Positions 1 through 9,930 of a stretch of DNA of 64,000 nucleotides are shown in pieces. The notes under the pieces are model-generated. The model worked only from the letters and a program-made list of their open reading frames with translations, made no database searches and was not told where the DNA came from. Source of the stretch: Candidatus Poribacteria bacterium (GTDB lineage Bacteria; Poribacteria; WGA-4E; JAJDTR01); contig CBDCTK010000002.1 of assembly GCA_965222225.1 (NCBI GenBank), forward strand, positions 3,552,001 through 3,616,000, given 5' to 3'. The position numbers and the translations under genes are program-made. Numbering within the stretch: the stretch's first letter is position 1; every line of letters begins with the position of its first letter.

Positions 1-1
1 T

Positions 2-1837
2 CTTGAACGGGACGTTATCATCAGTGCACAGATTGACGATATCTATGTCTCAATCAAAGACCAAGGGGACTTTGGGCGGCAAGGTGCGATTGTTGCCATT
101 CCTTACGAGGTACGTATTCCATCCCTGAAGGAGAGTGAGGAGAAAACACTGGAGTTTGAACTAGTCAAGGATGAAGTGCAGGACGTGGTCGTTAGCCTGA
201 AATATCTTGATATTGAGGAAGACCGCAATATCCATCTCAAACAGGAGGAACCCTACATCTCGGTGCTTTCTGCGCGGCGGTACAAGGAGGGGGATCGGCG
301 GAGGCTTGAGATTGTCCTCAAATACGGAGCGGTTCTGGAACGTTCTGTACCCCAATCAAATCGATACATTGGCAATCCACCTGCTGCCCCGGATGAAGGT
401 GCGACATACGGTACCAAACAAGAGATTAACAACGTCTACGTCTCAATTAAGGATGAGAAGGAAGCGATTATCGGCGTACCGTATGAAATCCGAATCCCGA
501 ATCTCAAAGATCAACAATCGAAAACCCTTGATTTTGAACTCCGCCGCAACGTTGATAGCATTATCGTGAGCCTGCGGTATCTGGAGCAAACATATCCCTA
601 CAAGATTCATCTTGAGGAGGACACCCGCCACATCTCAATCACCAGTGCCAAAAAATATCGTGAGAACAATCAGATAATGGTCACTATCCGCCTGAAGAAC
701 ACCTCGACGACTGAATCCATGCCCGCTGACGCCACCCCGGAAGAAATCGCCGCCGCCAACGAGATTCGTTCAATCTTTGTTTCTCTCAAGGACATTGACT
801 CAACCAACGCGGCTCAATCGACGAATATTGCCCAACCGTATGAGCAGAAGATACCGCTGCTTGGTTACAATGACGAAGTCGACCTGACGTTCCAACTCCA
901 GAAGGATGTGGACTCAATCATGATTGCATTGAAATACCCCGATCTTGTGGAGACCGACAATCGTTTGGTTTATCTACAAAAGGAGTCCGAGGAAGATGTA
1001 GTTAACGTCAGTTCGCTGCAGTTCTCCCAAGAGGGAAATCTCGGTAGCCGCGTTACCTATGATCTGACGCTGGATCGGTTGGCGGAGACGGAGAACACCT
1101 TTCAATTGCGGATTATCAATCTTCTTAATAGCCTGACTTTTGAATTTCAAGATAGGGAGAGCCAATCGCGCGTGTCACAGGTGAAATTCACACAAGCACA
1201 ATCCAAACGAGATCTGTCGCTGACTGTTTACCTCCGTGAAGAAATTGATGCCTCCTATCTTGATGGGACGCTGGAATTTTACGTTGCCGTTATTGATGCA
1301 AATGAAGCACAACAGCTCGGCGGCGTGAACAATCGCCTAGAGCTATCCCCGGAACAGATTAGCCGGATTAAGGGTGGTGTCGAGCGGTTTGAGCTTATCC
1401 CCAAAGGCGTGCCGGAGATTGAGCTATTTATCCCTAGCTCTTACCACACCATCAAAATCGGGGAACAGATAGACATGACGCTAACACTGCGTAATATCGG
1501 CACGCGTGATTTAGTCGATATTCGGATGGTGGTTGATGTCTATACCGACTGGGACTCTGTTGTTGAACCGGAAGTCGTCGCAAAGCTGGTACGGAATGAA
1601 GAGACCGAGGTGCATCTGACGCTGATCCCATCTCCGGATGTGGGCGTCGGAGAGTACGAAGCGAAGGTTAATGCGGAGCTCACAGTTGATAATCGTCATG
1701 TTGAAGCACGAGAAAAGACGGTGCGAGTTCACATCCAATCACAGCCTAGGCTCTCGGTAACAACGATTCTGTTTGGGGTGCTCGTTCTATTGGTCATTGG
1801 GATAGCGATTGTCACCGTACGGCTCAGTCGTCGATAA
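2..1837 (+). CDS. 5'-truncated membrane-anchored protein with at least 3 tandem ~110-aa beta-rich repeats and a C-terminal NEW3/CARDB-like Ig domain
   Basis: Frame is open from base 2. Repeats IxxIYVSIKD...PYExRIP.L...TL.FEL...V..I.VSL.Y; NEW3-like LTLRNIGTRDLVDI...VGVGEYEAKV; C-terminal TM helix followed by RLSRR. Confidence 0.75.
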   Translation, partial: LERDVIISAQIDDIYVSIKDQGDFGRQGAIVAIPYEVRIPSLKESEEKTLEFELVKDEVQDVVVSLKYLDIEEDRNIHLKQEEPYISVLSARRYKEGDRRRLEIVLKYGAVLERSVPQSNRYIGNPPAAPDEGATYGTKQEINNVYVSIKDEKEAIIGVPYEIRIPNLKDQQSKTLDFELRRNVDSIIVSLRYLEQTYPYKIHLEEDTRHISITSAKKYRENNQIMVTIRLKNTSTTESMPADATPEEIAAANEIRSIFVSLKDIDSTNAAQSTNIAQPYEQKIPLLGYNDEVDLTFQLQKDVDSIMIALKYPDLVETDNRLVYLQKESEEDVVNVSSLQFSQEGNLGSRVTYDLTLDRLAETENTFQLRIINLLNSLTFEFQDRESQSRVSQVKFTQAQSKRDLSLTVYLREEIDASYLDGTLEFYVAVIDANEAQQLGGVNNRLELSPEQISRIKGGVERFELIPKGVPEIELFIPSSYHTIKIGEQIDMTLTLRNIGTRDLVDIRMVVDVYTDWDSVVEPEVVAKLVRNEETEVHLTLIPSPDVGVGEYEAKVNAELTVDNRHVEAREKTVRVHIQSQPRLSVTTILFGVLVLLVIGIAIVTVRLSRR

Positions 1838-1872
1838 GGGATTGTGAAAACGGGCATCGGAGGAGAAGCGGG

Positions 1873-3282
1873 ATGGGGGACAAATATCACACACTGCGCT
1901 TTGGGCGTTACGCACTGCGCCTCATATTCAGCGCATTTTGTGCCTGGATTTTGAATATCTCAGAGCCGGCACTCGCGCAAGATGAGGTAACGCTGACGCC
2001 GGAGAAAGCATCACGACTTGCGTTGAAAAACAATGAGAAGGTGCTCAAAGCGCAGAAAGTCCTGGAACGCGCAAAAGCCGACCTGCAAACCGCTCGCTCT
2101 GTTTACCTCCCTCAAATAGGACTCACCGGTTTTTATGAACGACGGAAAAATGACGACCTAGACTTGGACGAAAGGGATTACCTCTCCAGCGTTTCCCTCA
2201 GCCAAGTGATTGCGCGGTTTGGCGAAGTTCCGCAGGATCTGGATCAGGCGCAAGAAAACGTGCGCAAGTCGGGCATCGAACTGAAAAGTGCCGAGCAGGA
2301 GGTCATCTTCACCCTAAGAAGACTTTGGCACAACATAACATTGACGGAGGAGGAGATTCAACAACGAAGTGTTATTGAGACCACATTGCAGGAAAAGCTC
2401 AAAGTAGCCAAAAGGAAGCACGCGGAAAAGAGAATACCCATCCTGAGTGTGTTGAACACAGAACTGGAGTTGGCAGAGCAGCAGTTGGCGCTCAACGAAT
2501 TGAGACGGAGGTTGGACATCGACAAAGCGGAGCTGATTCGATTGACGGGGTTGGACGCATTGGCGACGGTTCGTCTGTCCGGCTCTTTGCCGGATGATGA
2601 CCTCACACTCGAACGCGCGGTAGAGCTGGCGTTAGCGAACCGAACGGAACTTGAAGATTTCACCGGCGCGATAAACCGTCAGGAAAGGCTAGTCAAGGAG
2701 ACGATCTGGGATAGAATCCCCGAACTAGACGCCGCTTTTCGCTATCGTGATGCCCGTCTGTTTCTAAGCCAGCAGGATCGGACGTGGGATACGACTGCGG
2801 CGTACGATTACCCTTTTCTCGAACGCGAGATAGATAGTACCACTCCATTTGGCGGAATGCGTGACAATCGGGATGGCTGGGAGGTTCGCCTAAACTTCAA
2901 TCTTTCTCTATTCGACAGCGGATTGGCAGACGGGCGTCAAGAGGCAGAGCGTGCCGAACTATCACGTCTGCAACTGGAACTCATAGATTTACAGAAGCAG
3001 ATTAGGGTTGAGGTTCGCCGCGCCTATCGGGAAGTAGCGAATGCCAAAGAACGGACGGAGATTGAGGAAAAGCGTGTACAAATCTTCGAGAAACGCCTGC
3101 GGACGATAGAACGGGTTCTGGACGAAGGGCTAGACCTACCAAGCTATCGTGGCTTGACGTTTGACGACGCTTTCCAAGCCCAAGCTGAGTTTACCGAAGC
3201 GCAGCGAGTGTTCTATCGTGCCCGTCGAGACTATGCGGCGGCTAAGGAACAACTGCGCGAGGTGTTGGGATGGGCAAAATGA
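1873..3282 (+). CDS. TolC-family outer membrane efflux protein
   Basis: Signal peptide ending ALA-Q; two OEP-like halves (ARSVYLPQIGL; ELDAAFRY...LNFNLSLFD); long coiled coils; AGGAG RBS. Confidence 0.85.
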   Translation: MGDKYHTLRFGRYALRLIFSAFCAWILNISEPALAQDEVTLTPEKASRLALKNNEKVLKAQKVLERAKADLQTARSVYLPQIGLTGFYERRKNDDLDLDERDYLSSVSLSQVIARFGEVPQDLDQAQENVRKSGIELKSAEQEVIFTLRRLWHNITLTEEEIQQRSVIETTLQEKLKVAKRKHAEKRIPILSVLNTELELAEQQLALNELRRRLDIDKAELIRLTGLDALATVRLSGSLPDDDLTLERAVELALANRTELEDFTGAINRQERLVKETIWDRIPELDAAFRYRDARLFLSQQDRTWDTTAAYDYPFLEREIDSTTPFGGMRDNRDGWEVRLNFNLSLFDSGLADGRQEAERAELSRLQLELIDLQKQIRVEVRRAYREVANAKERTEIEEKRVQIFEKRLRTIERVLDEGLDLPSYRGLTFDDAFQAQAEFTEAQRVFYRARRDYAAAKEQLREVLGWAK

Positions 3283-3658
3283 ACCTCGTCCGCCAACTTT
3301 GAAAGCTTAAGGCTTACGCACTTTGCACGCCGGAAACCAAATCGGCACAATTCTCACTCGGTCCGGATTGACAAATCCAGTCCCTCCTGCACGAATTCAC
3401 CAACCCACCGCGATCAACAGCCCGCCTTAACCACCGTATTGTAGTGGACCGATTCATAGAGATTTTCGATTTCAGCAATGTAGGTTGGGTTGAGCAGTCA
3501 ACAACCAAGTTTTATTCAGTTTGCAAGCAGAGCTCAACTTTTCGATTACCCGTTGGGGTGAACAAATATAGCAAAACCCAACTATTGACGAGAAAATCTC
3601 ATCTGCGATTGACAATCACAAATCGCGAACTATGAAGTGATGGGTTCTATAGGTCTCT

Positions 3659-3682
3659 GTAGGAGCGATCTCTCGATCGCGA
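3659..3682 (+). repeat. GTAG-type REP-like element
   Basis: GTAGGAGCGATCTCTCGATCGCGA; a 21/24-identical copy lies on the minus strand at 59401-59424. Confidence 0.6.
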
Positions 3683-3785
3683 TGTCCTCTCTTTTTTCAT
3701 TGCGCTCCCGGTCTACACCGAATCAGATTATGTACCGACAACCAAAAATTAGATGCGATCGCCCTTTACCTGCTGACATTTTGAG

Positions 3786-3814
3786 TTGACTGAAGTTTCA
3801 GGGAAATGTATCAT
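3786..3814 (+). promoter_or_regulatory. sigma70-type promoter of gnd
   Basis: TTGACT-17 bp-TATCAT, followed by AGGAGG RBS and TTG start at 3852. Confidence 0.65.
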
Positions 3815-3851
3815 GTGCATGTGAACTACATCTTTTAGGAGGGGTAAGGCG

Positions 3852-5318
3852 TTGGAGAAAGCTGAAATTGGTCTGATTGGACTAGCAGTGATGGGCGAAA
3901 ATCTCGCCTTAAACATCGAAAGTAAAGGCTATCGGATCGCAGTCTTCAACCGCACGGTTTCAAAGGTGGATGATTTCATAAACGGCCGAGGCCACGGAAA
4001 ACAGGTAGTCGGAACGTATTCCATTGAGGAATTGATAGACGCGCTTTCCACGCCACGGAAGATTATCTTGATGGTCAAAGCCGGCGAGCCGGTCGATCAA
4101 TTCATCGAAATGTTGAGACCTCTCCTCTCTGATGGAGATCTAATCATTGATGGTGGCAACGCGAACTTCGCCGACACCATGCGCCGCCACGACGCACTCA
4201 CGGCGAGTGGTCTGCTTTTTATCGGCACGGGAATCTCCGGAGGCGAAGAGGGCGCACTTAAGGGGCCGGCGATGATGCCGGGCGGGTCGAAAAAGGCGTA
4301 TACTCTCGTGGAGCCGATTTTCACGAAGATCGCAGCCCAAGTTGACGGAGTTCCCTGCTGCTCATACATTGGTCCCAACGGCGCGGGGCACTACGTCAAA
4401 ATGGTGCATAACGGTATCGAATACGGGGATATGCAGCTCATCTGTGAAGCCTATGCGCTCATGAAACAGGGGTTAGGGATGAGCGCCGATGACATGCACC
4501 AGCTATTCAACGAATGGAACAAAGGCGAGTTGAACTCCTACCTCATCGAAATTACGGCGGACATCTTTACGCAGCAAGATGCATCCGGCGCGCCACTTGT
4601 GGACACAATTCTCGACCAAGCGGGACAAAAAGGTACCGGGAAATGGACAAGCACGTCGGCGCTAGATCTCGGGGTTGCGGCGGGGACAATTGCCGGAGCT
4701 GTTTTTGCGCGGTACATCTCCGCGATAAAAAGCGAACGGGTTGAAGCCGCGCAAGTTTTCGAAGGTCCGAGTGGGAAATACGAGGGTGACAGACTAGCCT
4801 TCCTGAAAGCGATTCACGATGCACTCTACGCCGCCAAAATCTGCTCCTACGCACAAGGATTCGCGCTGATGCACGAGGCAAGCCGAGAGTACGAGTGGAA
4901 CCTCGACTTCGGGAAGATTAGCTTGGGGTGGCGCGGGGGTTGTATTATTCGCGCTCGCTTTCTCCATCGAATCGCCGATGCCTATGTAAACAATCCTAGT
5001 CTGCCAAATCTACTGCTCGATCCCTATTTCCGCAAAGTGATTGAATCCACACAGGAGAATTGGCGGCACGTTGTATCGACCGCAACACAGCTTGGAATTC
5101 CAATCCCAGCGTTTAGTTCGGCACTCGCCCATTTTGATAGCTATCGCAGCGCTCGGCTTCCGGCGAATCTTATCCAAGCGATGCGCGACTACTTCGGAGC
5201 ACACACCTATCACAAAATTGGTGCGAACGGAAATCCAATTGTCGGGGACGATGGTGCGCCAACCGTTTTTCACACGGAGTGGATGGTAGATGGAAGGCCC
5301 GAGGTCGTGGTTGAATGA
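3852..5318 (+). CDS. gnd: NADP-dependent 6-phosphogluconate dehydrogenase
   Basis: IGLIGLAVMGENLALN, GISGGEEGA, GHYVKMVHNGIEYGDMQ, AGQKGTGKW, QAMRDYFGAHTY. Confidence 0.98.
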   Translation: MEKAEIGLIGLAVMGENLALNIESKGYRIAVFNRTVSKVDDFINGRGHGKQVVGTYSIEELIDALSTPRKIILMVKAGEPVDQFIEMLRPLLSDGDLIIDGGNANFADTMRRHDALTASGLLFIGTGISGGEEGALKGPAMMPGGSKKAYTLVEPIFTKIAAQVDGVPCCSYIGPNGAGHYVKMVHNGIEYGDMQLICEAYALMKQGLGMSADDMHQLFNEWNKGELNSYLIEITADIFTQQDASGAPLVDTILDQAGQKGTGKWTSTSALDLGVAAGTIAGAVFARYISAIKSERVEAAQVFEGPSGKYEGDRLAFLKAIHDALYAAKICSYAQGFALMHEASREYEWNLDFGKISLGWRGGCIIRARFLHRIADAYVNNPSLPNLLLDPYFRKVIESTQENWRHVVSTATQLGIPIPAFSSALAHFDSYRSARLPANLIQAMRDYFGAHTYHKIGANGNPIVGDDGAPTVFHTEWMVDGRPEVVVE

Positions 5319-5468
5319 ACGCAGGCTAAAACCTAATGTGGATGTGACATCTGCAGTTTCTTTGCATTTATCAGGTGAAGGAATCTTATTCTAGCATGCT
5401 GGCAGTTTCAGTAGCGAGTTACCCAAAAATCGGTTACATCCAAGAGAATTTTGGCGTGCGGAGGTGGC

Positions 5469-6662
5469 ATGGCTCCTAGTGCGCTTAGCGGTGTGAAGGT
5501 CCTGGATCTATCACGGCATCTGGCAGGCCCCTACTGTGCCATGATCCTTGGCGACTTGGGTGCCGAGGTCATTAAGGTCGAACGCCCCGGCACCGGTGAC
5601 GAAACACGCCAGTGGCAACCGCCGTTTGCCGGCAGCGAGACGGCATACTACCTCTGCTGTAATCGCAACAAGAAAAGTCTCACACTCAATCTCAAACACG
5701 AGCGCGGGGTTGAAATCGCGCGAACGCTTGCCGAGAACAGCGATGTGTTAATTGAAAACTTTCGTATTGGCGGGGCAAGCGAACTTGGTCTCGGCTATGA
5801 TGAACTCAGACAGGTGAATCCGCGCTTAATCTACTGCTCCATCAGCGGCTTCGGACACACGGGACCTGATCGGGAACTACCCGGCTACGACCTCATGATT
5901 CAAGCTAGAGGCGGCATCATGTCTATCACCGGGGAGCGTGATGGCACTCCCACAAAGATTGGGGTTGCTGTCTCCGATGTCGCCACGGCGTTATTTGCCT
6001 CCAATGCTATCCTCGCCGCGCTGTTTGTACGCGAACGCACGGGTGAAGGACAACACCTTGATATCGCCCTGCTTGACTCCCAGATTGCGCTGCTGGCAAA
6101 CGTTGGCAGCAACTACCTCTGCTCGGGTGAAGTACCTCAACGCTGGGGAAACGCACACTCCGGTATCGTGCCCTACCAAGCCTTCAAGGCAGCCGATGAT
6201 TACCTTGTGTTGGCTATCGGCAATGATGGTCAGTGGCAGCGATTCTGCAAGGCAGCCGGCGCTGACCGTTTGGGGGATGATGAACGATTTGCTACGAATT
6301 CACGGCGGGTCGCCAACCGTGACGATTTAATCCCGTCCCTAGAAAACCTGTTTCAGCAACGAACTGTCGCCGAGTGGCTGCAGCTCTGCGGTGAGGCGGA
6401 TCTGCCTGCAGGTCCAGTGAATACACTTGACGAGGTCTTCGCCGATCCCCAGACACTGGCACGGGACATGTTGGTAGAGATGCCGCATCCGACAGCCAAC
6501 ACAATGCGGTTGGCGGGATCGCCGCTCAACCTCTCGGCAACGCCAGTGCAGATGCGCCTCCCACCACCGCTGCTCGGAGCGCATACGGACGAAATCCTTG
6601 CCAACGTACTAGGATTTGATGAAACCACCATCGCCAATCTTCGACGAGTTGGCGCCGTCTGA
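5469..6662 (+). CDS. Family III CoA-transferase (CaiB/BaiF/Frc)
   Basis: VLDLSRHLAGP, LGDLGAEVIKVE, NRNKKS, PGYD, PPLLGAHT; ATG after GGAGG. Confidence 0.95.
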   Translation: MAPSALSGVKVLDLSRHLAGPYCAMILGDLGAEVIKVERPGTGDETRQWQPPFAGSETAYYLCCNRNKKSLTLNLKHERGVEIARTLAENSDVLIENFRIGGASELGLGYDELRQVNPRLIYCSISGFGHTGPDRELPGYDLMIQARGGIMSITGERDGTPTKIGVAVSDVATALFASNAILAALFVRERTGEGQHLDIALLDSQIALLANVGSNYLCSGEVPQRWGNAHSGIVPYQAFKAADDYLVLAIGNDGQWQRFCKAAGADRLGDDERFATNSRRVANRDDLIPSLENLFQQRTVAEWLQLCGEADLPAGPVNTLDEVFADPQTLARDMLVEMPHPTANTMRLAGSPLNLSATPVQMRLPPPLLGAHTDEILANVLGFDETTIANLRRVGAV

Positions 6663-6681
6663 GGAGAGGAGGATCGGAGCA

Positions 6682-8211
6682 TTGTTCAAGGCAAAACCTC
6701 ACATCTCACGTTGGACGGGCGGTGTTGTTTCTCCGGTATCCCCCTTTCTACTTCTCTGCCTCTTTCTCCTGAACAGTTGTGGAAAACCTGTCGCGATCGA
6801 AGTTCCCAAATTACAGGAAGAGAGTTACGCTCTCCAACAATTGCAGGCTGAGATCGAGACGGTTCTGGACGACCCGCTACTTGCCCCCTCAAATGTCGGC
6901 ATAAAGGTGGTGTCGGTCACAACGGGCGAAGTTCTCTATGACGCCGCCGCCGATAAGTTGTATCATCCCGCCTCGACAATGAAGCTACTCACCGCCGCCG
7001 CCGCCCTCGTGAAACTAAAACCAAACTATCGCTTCCACACAACGCTTTATGCGGAAGGCATTGAAGGGGTACGCGTCCGAGGAAATGTCTATCTCAAAGG
7101 GAGAGGTGACCCTCTACTCGCCATCGAAGATTTGGTAGACATGGTTGAAACGCTTTTCCAATCCGGAGTCAAGGAGATTGATGGTGATATTGTCGTCGAT
7201 GACACCTATTTTGACGACGTTGCCAAGGGTAAGGGTTGGATGTGGGATGATGGTCCGATTGGCGGGTATTATTCACATCAGAGTGCGTTGACAATTAATC
7301 ACAACGGTGTGACGGTTATCGTATCGCCCGGCGCCGAAATCGGAGAGCCGGTGCGTGTGCAACTTGATCCGCCGACAAAATACTTGAAGGTTGTCAACGA
7401 TGCGGTAACAGTCGCTGCTTCTGTGGGTACAACCTTGCCCGTCGAACGTCAAACAGAACCCGTTCCAGCCAATGTGCTGACGATTCGCGGATTCATGCCA
7501 ATCAGCCAAGAGAAGGTGCGTCGGCACGTGGACATCGTTAACCCCACGCTTTTTTGCGGCACGTTGTTTAAGGAGGCGCTTGCGCGAAAGGGCATCTCGA
7601 TTCAAGGGGTAATTCGGCTTGGGGTGGTTCCGGATGGCGCATTCGAAATTGCGGTTCACACCTCGCCGCCACTCTCCCTCATCGTCCGGCGCATGAATAA
7701 GCGGAGCAATAATCTGATTGCCGAGTTGCTGTTGAAAACGATTGGTGCGGAGACGATTGGCCCACCCGGCACATCGGGTAAAGGGTTGCAAGTGATTAAC
7801 GAGTTTCTAAGCGAAACAGGGATTGTTACAACTCAATCGACACTGGCTGACGGATCGGGCGTCTCACGCTACAATCTGTTATCTGCCTCAATGCTCACGG
7901 ACCTGCTGGTGTACATGTTCCAGGATTTTTCAGTGATGCCGGAGTATCTAATGTCCCTTCCGATCGCAGGTGTTGATGGAACGCTTTCGTGGCGGATGAA
8001 AGATTCGGAGGCTGAAGGAGTTTTGCGTGCCAAAACAGGCACTATGAGAGGCGTAACAACCCTCGCCGGGTATGCAATGACGGCGGACCGCGAAATCCTC
8101 GCGTTTGCTATGCTAATGAGCCATTATGTTGGCTCGTCCAATCCGCGCCGTGCGTTACAAGACAACATCGGGAACGCTCTTACCCGATTCAGCCGAATGC
8201 GTGGGGAATAA
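6682..8211 (+). CDS. dacB: D-alanyl-D-alanine carboxypeptidase/endopeptidase PBP4 (peptidase S13), probable lipoprotein
   Basis: PASTMK (SxxK), KRSNN (SxN), AKTG, DGSGVSRYN; lipobox-like LLNSC; TTG start inferred after GGAG. Confidence 0.93.
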   Translation: MFKAKPHISRWTGGVVSPVSPFLLLCLFLLNSCGKPVAIEVPKLQEESYALQQLQAEIETVLDDPLLAPSNVGIKVVSVTTGEVLYDAAADKLYHPASTMKLLTAAAALVKLKPNYRFHTTLYAEGIEGVRVRGNVYLKGRGDPLLAIEDLVDMVETLFQSGVKEIDGDIVVDDTYFDDVAKGKGWMWDDGPIGGYYSHQSALTINHNGVTVIVSPGAEIGEPVRVQLDPPTKYLKVVNDAVTVAASVGTTLPVERQTEPVPANVLTIRGFMPISQEKVRRHVDIVNPTLFCGTLFKEALARKGISIQGVIRLGVVPDGAFEIAVHTSPPLSLIVRRMNKRSNNLIAELLLKTIGAETIGPPGTSGKGLQVINEFLSETGIVTTQSTLADGSGVSRYNLLSASMLTDLLVYMFQDFSVMPEYLMSLPIAGVDGTLSWRMKDSEAEGVLRAKTGTMRGVTTLAGYAMTADREILAFAMLMSHYVGSSNPRRALQDNIGNALTRFSRMRGE

Positions 8212-8212
8212 C

Positions 8213-8249
8213 GATCAAGCGAACGGTTAGTGAGTGCGATAGAGATCCC
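8213..8249 (+). repeat. Dispersed modular repeat copy 1 (A+B)
   Basis: GATCAAGCGAACGGTTAG-TGAGTGCGATAGAGATCCC; related copies listed below. Confidence 0.8.
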
Positions 8250-8264
8250 TTGTTTTTCCCCGCT

Positions 8265-8486
8265 TCACCTTGGATGCGTCGTCCGGTTAGCCGGATTCTC
8301 TTCATCCAATGCCCAACTCAACGGGTTGTTCTTGATATAGGCACGGATATCATCCAATGATTCATCGTCTCGGATGACGTGGTCGTAAAAGGAGCGTTGC
8401 CACAATTTTGCATTAAATGGTTCCCAACCCTTTTTCCGGATGCCTTGGATATATAATCTGGTTGTCAGCGTTTTGAATCGGTGCAC
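8265..8486 (-). pseudogene. C-terminal fragment of a REP-associated tyrosine transposase (RAYT, IS200/IS605 Y1 family)
   Basis: HRFKTLTT...LWQRSFYDHVIRD...YIKNNPLSW; the N-terminal HUH region is absent. Confidence 0.85.
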
Positions 8487-8523
8487 AAGGTTGGTATGCG
8501 CTTCATTGGGATGGCACGGGAAA

Positions 8524-8573
8524 GGGATTTCTATCAGGATTTTCTATCGCCTTCCTTATCCAGTCAGTTGATC
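8524..8573 (-). repeat. Dispersed modular repeat copy 2 (A+B+B)
   Basis: Reverse complement GATCAACTGACTGGATAAGGAAGGCGATAGAAAATCCTGATAGAAATCCC. Confidence 0.7.
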
Positions 8574-8595
8574 CCCTGTGGTTGTCCGCCGGAAC

Positions 8596-9702
8596 TCAAA
8601 TAAATCGATCATAAACCACTTGCACCTGCTCCACGTGCTTGGCGATGCTGAAATGGCGCTCCGCGTGCGCTCTCCCCGCCCTTCCCATCTGCTTACAAAT
8701 CGACGGGTTTTGTATCAGGTGCACGATTTTGGCTGCGATATCTTCAATTGGGAATAGCGGAATAACCCATCCTGTTCTACCATCATCAATCATGTCTGCG
8801 GTGCTTCCAACCGGCGTGCCAATGACCGGTTTGCCCGCCGCCATGGCTTCGGGGATAACACTTCCCGCGGAGACAGTAACCAATAAATCCAATCCCTGCA
8901 TGACTGCCGGCATGTCCTCACGATGACCCATGCAGGTTATATACTTTGTGAGGTTCAGTTCCGAGATTAACCGGTGTAGTTCTTGCTCGTACGCAAGATG
9001 CTCAGGATTGGGTTGTGCGCCGCCAATAATCAGAAAACTCACATCTTGGCACTCTTGAACAACGTGTGATGCTATCTTGACAAATTCCTTCTGCCGCTTA
9101 AACGGCTCGATTCGACCCACCATTCCTATAACGGATCTCCGCAGCGAAAATTCTTGGCGGAGGGTATTTTGTTTAACTCCTGCTGATTCGAATGCGAATA
9201 AATCCACACAATTAACAATCACATTAATCTTGTCGGATGGAATACCTGCTTCAAGAAAAGGAGGCGTAAATTGCTCCGAGATTGAGATAATCGTGGACAT
9301 GTCGTGGAAGCTGTACTTTCTGACCTGATCGGGACGAATAGGGGCCCTAGCATGGGAAACGGTCGGAATCCCACACTGCCGGGCGACGTGAATTGAGTAT
9401 GGATTGTGCCACGAATCGGAAGCATGAATCAGTTGAATTTCTCGCTCTGCGGCAAGTTGAGCAAGTCGAGACGCTGCGGCATAGCGATAAAGAAGGTGTT
9501 TCCATTTTCGCCACGCCGGAAGGGAGTGAATGACGGTATCAATTCCTGCCGCACGCAGTTGGTCGGGGAACGCGCCATCATTGGGACAAACTACAATTGG
9601 CTGATAGCGCCTCCGATCCAGATTGCTAACGAGATAAAGTAATTGCCGCTCGGCGCCGCCGAAGATCGAACCACTCAGGTATAGGATACGCATCATAATC
9701 AC
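8596..9702 (-). CDS. Glycosyltransferase family 4 (GT-B)
   Basis: FGGAERQLLYL, GMVGRIEPFKRQ, EAMAAGKPVIGT, GRAHAERHFS. Confidence 0.93.
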   Translation of the reverse strand: MIMMRILYLSGSIFGGAERQLLYLVSNLDRRRYQPIVVCPNDGAFPDQLRAAGIDTVIHSLPAWRKWKHLLYRYAAASRLAQLAAEREIQLIHASDSWHNPYSIHVARQCGIPTVSHARAPIRPDQVRKYSFHDMSTIISISEQFTPPFLEAGIPSDKINVIVNCVDLFAFESAGVKQNTLRQEFSLRRSVIGMVGRIEPFKRQKEFVKIASHVVQECQDVSFLIIGGAQPNPEHLAYEQELHRLISELNLTKYITCMGHREDMPAVMQGLDLLVTVSAGSVIPEAMAAGKPVIGTPVGSTADMIDDGRTGWVIPLFPIEDIAAKIVHLIQNPSICKQMGRAGRAHAERHFSIAKHVEQVQVVYDRFI

Positions 9703-9930
9703 ATTTGGCGTTGGTACGATGGGATGAATGGAATTGGCGTATCTTTATACAAAACCGATTGGCTGTCAAGAGTAATCCCCCCACTTCAATTCATGGCTTT
9801 AAGAATTTGAAACTAATTCGTAATCCGTGAGTGACAAGAACGGGGGATTGGGTGTAACGTTGAGATGTTGAAATCGTATGGATACGAATCGGTTCAGCGA
9901 AATCACATCGAAGTTTGAGCGTATTGTGAG

